Positions 59,861 through 64,000 of a DNA stretch of 64,000 nt are shown here, piece by piece. The notes beneath the pieces are model-generated. The model saw only the letters and a program-made list of their open reading frames with translations. It had not been told where the DNA came from and made no database searches. Every line of letters begins with the position of its first letter. Position 1 is the first letter of the stretch. Made by a program: the position numbers and the translations under genes. The DNA comes from a bacterium (GTDB taxonomy: Bacteria > J088 > JAWLBW01), in the NCBI GenBank assembly GCA_041690355.1, contig JAWLHK010000023.1, forward strand, positions 1-64,000. Direction: 5' to 3'.

Positions 59861-60274
59861 ATGAGCGAGATCGCACTGAGCCCGTATCTGAACTTCGACG
59901 GCAATACCCGCCAGGCCATGGAGTTTTACCAGCAGGTGTTCGGCGGCCGGCTGAGCCTGCAGCGGTTCGGCGAAGTGCCCGGCATGCAGGTGCCGCCGGG
60001 GTACGAAGACAAAATCGTGCACGCCCGCCTCGACGCCGACGGCATCACGATCATGGCCTCCGAGGGCCGGCCGGGCGGCACGGTGAATTTCGGCGACAAC
60101 GTGAGCCTCTCGCTCAACGGGGCCGACACAGCGAAACTCACCGGAATCTATGAACGCCTGGCCGAAGGTGGAACCGTCGTCATGCCGCTCGCTCGCCAGT
60201 TCTGGGGCGACACGTTCGGCATGGTGACCGACCGGTTCGGGGTGCACTGGATGGTGAACATCGCGGGGGGGTGA
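59861..60274 (+). CDS. VOC family protein (PhnB-like)
   Basis: PYLNFDGN, AMEFYQQVFGG, FWGDTFGMVTDRFGVHWMVN. Confidence 0.9.
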   Translation: MSEIALSPYLNFDGNTRQAMEFYQQVFGGRLSLQRFGEVPGMQVPPGYEDKIVHARLDADGITIMASEGRPGGTVNFGDNVSLSLNGADTAKLTGIYERLAEGGTVVMPLARQFWGDTFGMVTDRFGVHWMVNIAGG

Positions 60275-60392
60275 TTCTCCCCTGGGCTCCCGTCTTGAAG
60301 GGGCAGAACCGTCAACATAATCTTCGGCATGCACCGGAGCCCCCACGGCCCGACCGGATAGAATATCTGCATCCGAAACCCCCGGAGCGACC

Positions 60393-61826
60393 ATGACCAC
60401 CGAGACCCGCAAGCGCGTGAGCGCTTTCACCAACGACGCGCTCGGAACCCTCGACGCTGTCGGCATTGCCGCGGCCATCGCCGCGGGCGACGTCTCGGTT
60501 GCCGAAGTGACCGAGGCGGCCATCCGGCGGGCCGAACGGGTCAACCCGGCCTTGAACGCCGTCGCGCAGCCCGCGTGGGACGATGCACGGCAGGGACGCT
60601 ACCTGCGGCGCGACGGGGCGCTCTACGGGGTGCCCACCTTCATCAAGGACAACGAGCCGCTCGCGGGATATCCCACGCGCAAGGGGACCGGCGCTTTCGT
60701 CGCCCGCACCGAAAAGCGGCACAGCAAGTACGTGCGCCAGTTCCTCTCGACCGGCCTGAACTGCCTGGGCAAGTCGACGTTGCCGGAATTCGCCTTCATC
60801 TGCAGCGCCGAAAACGAGCGATGGGGCATCACGCGCAACCCCTGGCACACCGACTACACGCCGGGCGGCTCGTCCTCGGGGTCGGCCGCGCTGGTTGCGG
60901 CGGGAGTCGTCCCCATCGCTATGGCGAATGACGGGGCCGGCTCCACCCGTCTGCCCGCGTCCTGCTGCGGGCTCGTCGGGCTGAAGCCGTCGCGCGGGCG
61001 GGTGCACGCGCTGCACGGCACCGAAGCCCTGCCCGTGCAGATTACCTACAACGGCGTCGTCACCCGCACGGTGCGCGACACGGCCGCCTACTTCGCGGCG
61101 GCGGAACGCTACTACCGCAACCGGCGCCTGCCCGAGATGGGGCACGTGCAGTCGCCGCTGCGGCAACGGTTGCGCATCGGTTTCTTTGAAAACGTTCCTG
61201 AAGGGCGGCAAGGGCATATGGATGCGGACACCTGTCGCGTGCAGCTCGAGACCGCGCGGCTGCTCGAGTCGCTCGGACACACGGTTGAGCAGGTACCCGT
61301 GCCGCTCAACGTCGAGAGCATGGCCGGGCATTACCTGAATTACTATGGATTCCTCGCGTACATGAGCATCCGCTTCGGACGCCTGGTGCACGGCGCGCCC
61401 GTCGACGCCTCGGTGCTCGAGCCGTTCACGCGCGGGCTCATGGACACCTTCAAGCGGAACTATTCCCAGCTTCCCGGCAGCCTGTTGACCCTGAAGCGTG
61501 CGGTGAATCAGACGGCTCAGGCGCTCGGCGAACGGTTCGACGTCGTCATGACCTGCGTCACCACCAAGACCACGCCGAAGATCGGATACTTCTCGCCCGC
61601 CCTCCCCTTCGAGGAGATTTCGCGACGGGCGGCCGACTTTGCCACCTTCCTCCCGATGTTCAACTTCTCGGGGTCGCCGGCCATTGCGCTCCCCCTCGGC
61701 GTTGCCGAGAGCGGCATGCCTGTCGGCGTGCAGTTCGCCGCCTCGCTCGGGCAGGACCGGCTGCTGCTCGAGCTCGCCCTCGAGCTCGAAGCGGCCCGGC
61801 CGTGGAGAAGCCTGGCCGACGCGTAG
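60393..61826 (+). CDS. Amidase signature family enzyme
   Basis: [27 protein letters not shown] Ser-cisSer-Lys triad motifs. Confidence 0.92.
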   Translation: MTTETRKRVSAFTNDALGTLDAVGIAAAIAAGDVSVAEVTEAAIRRAERVNPALNAVAQPAWDDARQGRYLRRDGALYGVPTFIKDNEPLAGYPTRKGTGAFVARTEKRHSKYVRQFLSTGLNCLGKSTLPEFAFICSAENERWGITRNPWHTDYTPGGSSSGSAALVAAGVVPIAMANDGAGSTRLPASCCGLVGLKPSRGRVHALHGTEALPVQITYNGVVTRTVRDTAAYFAAAERYYRNRRLPEMGHVQSPLRQRLRIGFFENVPEGRQGHMDADTCRVQLETARLLESLGHTVEQVPVPLNVESMAGHYLNYYGFLAYMSIRFGRLVHGAPVDASVLEPFTRGLMDTFKRNYSQLPGSLLTLKRAVNQTAQALGERFDVVMTCVTTKTTPKIGYFSPALPFEEISRRAADFATFLPMFNFSGSPAIALPLGVAESGMPVGVQFAASLGQDRLLLELALELEAARPWRSLADA

Positions 61827-61976
61827 GCGAGCGCGCGGGGGCGGATCCGCTTCCGCATGCCTGGTGGAATTCCCTCTCGCTTCCGTAAAGCGTGCTTGGC
61901 GCTTCCGGCGCGTGCGGCGGCCTGGCGGGGGTAACGCATGCCCCGCCGCTGGTACACTGTCGCGACGAGGTAGCCG

Positions 61977-62420
61977 ATGTCCTTCGCCCAGCAGATCTCG
62001 CTGACGTTCGCGTTTGTCTTCTTCCTCACCGGCCTGCTGACCGGGATCTGGAAGTATCTGCACATGGCCCGCTCGCCGGATGCGACGGCGCCGGTCTATG
62101 TGGATATCGCCCACCGCAGCGCGCTGCTCTACAGCTTCGCGGCGCTGCTCCTCGGGGTCTTCGCCTCCCACAGCGTTTTTCCTGACGTGGTCAATACCGT
62201 CGCGGCCCTGGCCGCCCTCACCTACTTTGCGCTGGCCATCGGCACCTACGTGCTGCACGGCATGCTGCGGGACACCGACAATCAGCTGCGCCGGCCGCAC
62301 CGGATAGGCGCCCTGCTGCTCCCCCCGTGGGTTAGCGCTACGTTCATGGGACTTCTCATCCTTGCGGAAGTAGGTGGAACGCTCGTCCTGGGCATCGGCG
62401 CCATGCTGTCCATTTGGTAA
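61977..62420 (+). CDS. Hypothetical integral membrane protein
   Basis: Four hydrophobic segments, GIWKY, YVDIAHR, DTDNQ; SD GAGG. Confidence 0.75.
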   Translation: MSFAQQISLTFAFVFFLTGLLTGIWKYLHMARSPDATAPVYVDIAHRSALLYSFAALLLGVFASHSVFPDVVNTVAALAALTYFALAIGTYVLHGMLRDTDNQLRRPHRIGALLLPPWVSATFMGLLILAEVGGTLVLGIGAMLSIW

Positions 62421-62525
62421 GACCGCCCATGGGTCGCCAGGCGTGCCGCCGGCATGAAGGCGATACCAAGTCTCGGCAGAGCGCCTTTCCCCTCAAATTT
62501 GCTAAGATAGTGCGGGGAGGGCGAA

Positions 62526-62773
62526 TGGATACGAAGACCTTAGCGACCGACATCCAAGCGCCGGCCAAAGGTAGTGGACCGGAGCCGGCGACACTTTTCT
62601 CCTACCTGGTGTTTCCGTTGATGCTGGGTGGGGGGCTCGTCTGTACTTATTTCTTAGGGCAGAACGCCTCTGACCCCATGACCGTCGCCATCGTCGTTTC
62701 ACTCTCGTCGTTGGCGATCAGCCAGGCCATGGCGCCATTCCAAAAGAGCGACATCAGCAAGCCGCAATCATGA
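62526..62773 (+). pseudogene. Short membrane ORF, possible deleted gene remnant
   Basis: SD GGAGG + ATG 62526, two hydrophobic segments, then an abrupt end. Confidence 0.35.
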
Positions 62774-62780
62774 GGGGCCG

Positions 62781-63132
62781 ATGATCGGTCAAGGGTTTCG
62801 CCTCTATTCCGTCGTCAGCGCCATCGGCCTGATCATCGGCGAGTCGTGGTTCGTCTTCACGACCGACAAGTACCCGCCGCTTTGGCTCGACGATTACCTG
62901 GCCGCAAGCCGCGATGTTGACGGCCGCAGCCTTGTGGCGCCGCCCGTACGGCCCGGCGCTGCTTCTGGCAAGCTGGGTGTTCGTGCTGGGGAACCTCTAC
63001 GCCATGCTCTTCACGCGGTTGGAACCGCTGAACCCGGCGGGTCGTCCGTGGAAGCTGCTTGCGGTACTCGTCGTCTGGGCGGCTGTCTCATCCCTGGTGG
63101 CGCTCCGGCATACGATTCGAGCTCCTCAATAG
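62781..63132 (+). pseudogene. Frameshifted small membrane protein
   Basis: MIGQGF...LWLDDYLAA continues as AAMLTAAALWRR... in the +1 frame; one extra A at 62906/62907. Confidence 0.6.
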
Positions 63133-63998
63133 TACGGACCAAACGTCTTCACATCCCCTTCCTTGATCGCGCCCGGCGGCAACAATTCGCCCGAGCCATC
63201 GGAATTCATGAAGCCCACGATCTCGGTCCCCATGACGAAGAGCTGATCGTAGATGACCTGACTGGTTCCATCCGGGTAGAGCTTCACGCGGAAGACGTTA
63301 TGCGTGGATTGGTGCTTCTGGCCCCCGAGATCCCAGTACAGCAGCTCAAAGTGGTGGCCGGTAACATCCGTGGCTTCGCGCGTGTACACATTGGAGGGGT
63401 ACACATTCCCGTACGAACCACGGTTCGGGTTCAAAAAGTGATATCCCCACCACGGAGCAAAGACGGCCTTGCCAAGCGACAAGCCTGCACCATCGAGTAA
63501 CGCGTCAACCGGCGTTCGCGATTTTGTCGAGAGGCCAGAGCCAAAGACGATCAAGCCGTCATGCGTGACCTCAATCGTTTCGTGGTACGCGCCATCGGCA
63601 GGGAACGCGAACGGCAGTGCAAGGTTGGCCACCCCATAGTTCAAGGCAACCGACTGGTAATTCGAGAAATCGATGTCATGCCCCACGGCACTGACCGGGA
63701 AGCGCACGGGGGCATGGGAACCATCCACCGGTTCCACAATCAGCCATCCCTCTTTACGCTCCCCCGCTTGGATTTGGCTGCCATGGTAAGTAATCGTAAA
63801 CGTTTGGAGCGTCGAAAGTGTGGGCGACACGCTGAAGAACGATTCGCTTGCCGTGACCTTGTATACCGGGTCGTTAGCGCATGGAATTAAATCGAAATCA
63901 AAGGAGGAGTCCACGCCGTTGACGGGGTATTCGGTCAGGAGTTCCGTGCTGGAGACTAACGGAGCGGCCGCGGGTATGGCGGTCTTCAGATAGGCACT
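63126..63998 (-). CDS. C-terminal part of a large extracellular beta-rich protein (5' end outside the window)
   Basis: Frame open to the window edge; Ig/Fn3-like segment (SVSPT...FTITY...GWLIVE...VRFPV) followed by a nidogen-like segment (LPFAFP...VFAPWW); lower GC. Confidence 0.65.
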   Translation of the reverse strand, partial: SAYLKTAIPAAAPLVSSTELLTEYPVNGVDSSFDFDLIPCANDPVYKVTASESFFSVSPTLSTLQTFTITYHGSQIQAGERKEGWLIVEPVDGSHAPVRFPVSAVGHDIDFSNYQSVALNYGVANLALPFAFPADGAYHETIEVTHDGLIVFGSGLSTKSRTPVDALLDGAGLSLGKAVFAPWWGYHFLNPNRGSYGNVYPSNVYTREATDVTGHHFELLYWDLGGQKHQSTHNVFRVKLYPDGTSQVIYDQLFVMGTEIVGFMNSDGSGELLPPGAIKEGDVKTFGPYY

Positions 63999-64000
63999 GT

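Noticed and set aside
60312-62300. 662-aa minus-strand ORF
   Set aside because: Antisense shadow of the amidase

Overview
High-GC bacterial chromosomal window, most consistent with a deltaproteobacterium (Myxococcota-like gene content: DUF4388, MXAN_5187-type, MshEN and Glt-like TPR proteins). 1-31 kb holds housekeeping genes (rlmD partial, nth, TrmH methylase, lon, rpe, yggS, maf, PBP1B, uvrA). It also holds a ~13 kb co-oriented nine-gene cluster (20358->7376) joining Glt/AgmU-like TPR proteins to a beta-barrel/short-OPX/Wzc polysaccharide export module. 31-50 kb is accessory: two LolA-like + beta-barrel modules (one barrel gene apparently starting at AUU), a double-AAA ATPase, TetR-controlled units and a tandem MshEN protein. 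The most unusual signal is non-coding. Between 51.6 and 56.7 kb most intergenic spaces carry 4-5-unit tandem microrepeats: five copies of a 4x8-mer G-box and several unrelated heptamer families. A four-helix-bundle gene is bracketed by inverted G-boxes, and two unrelated genes sit in identically framed cassette-like units. This suggests an undescribed repeat-based mobile/cassette system (inference). tRNA-Phe(GAA) follows, then a Fic gene, hydrolases and a lower-GC, partly degraded tail. All family calls are from motif recognition by eye; no searches were run.
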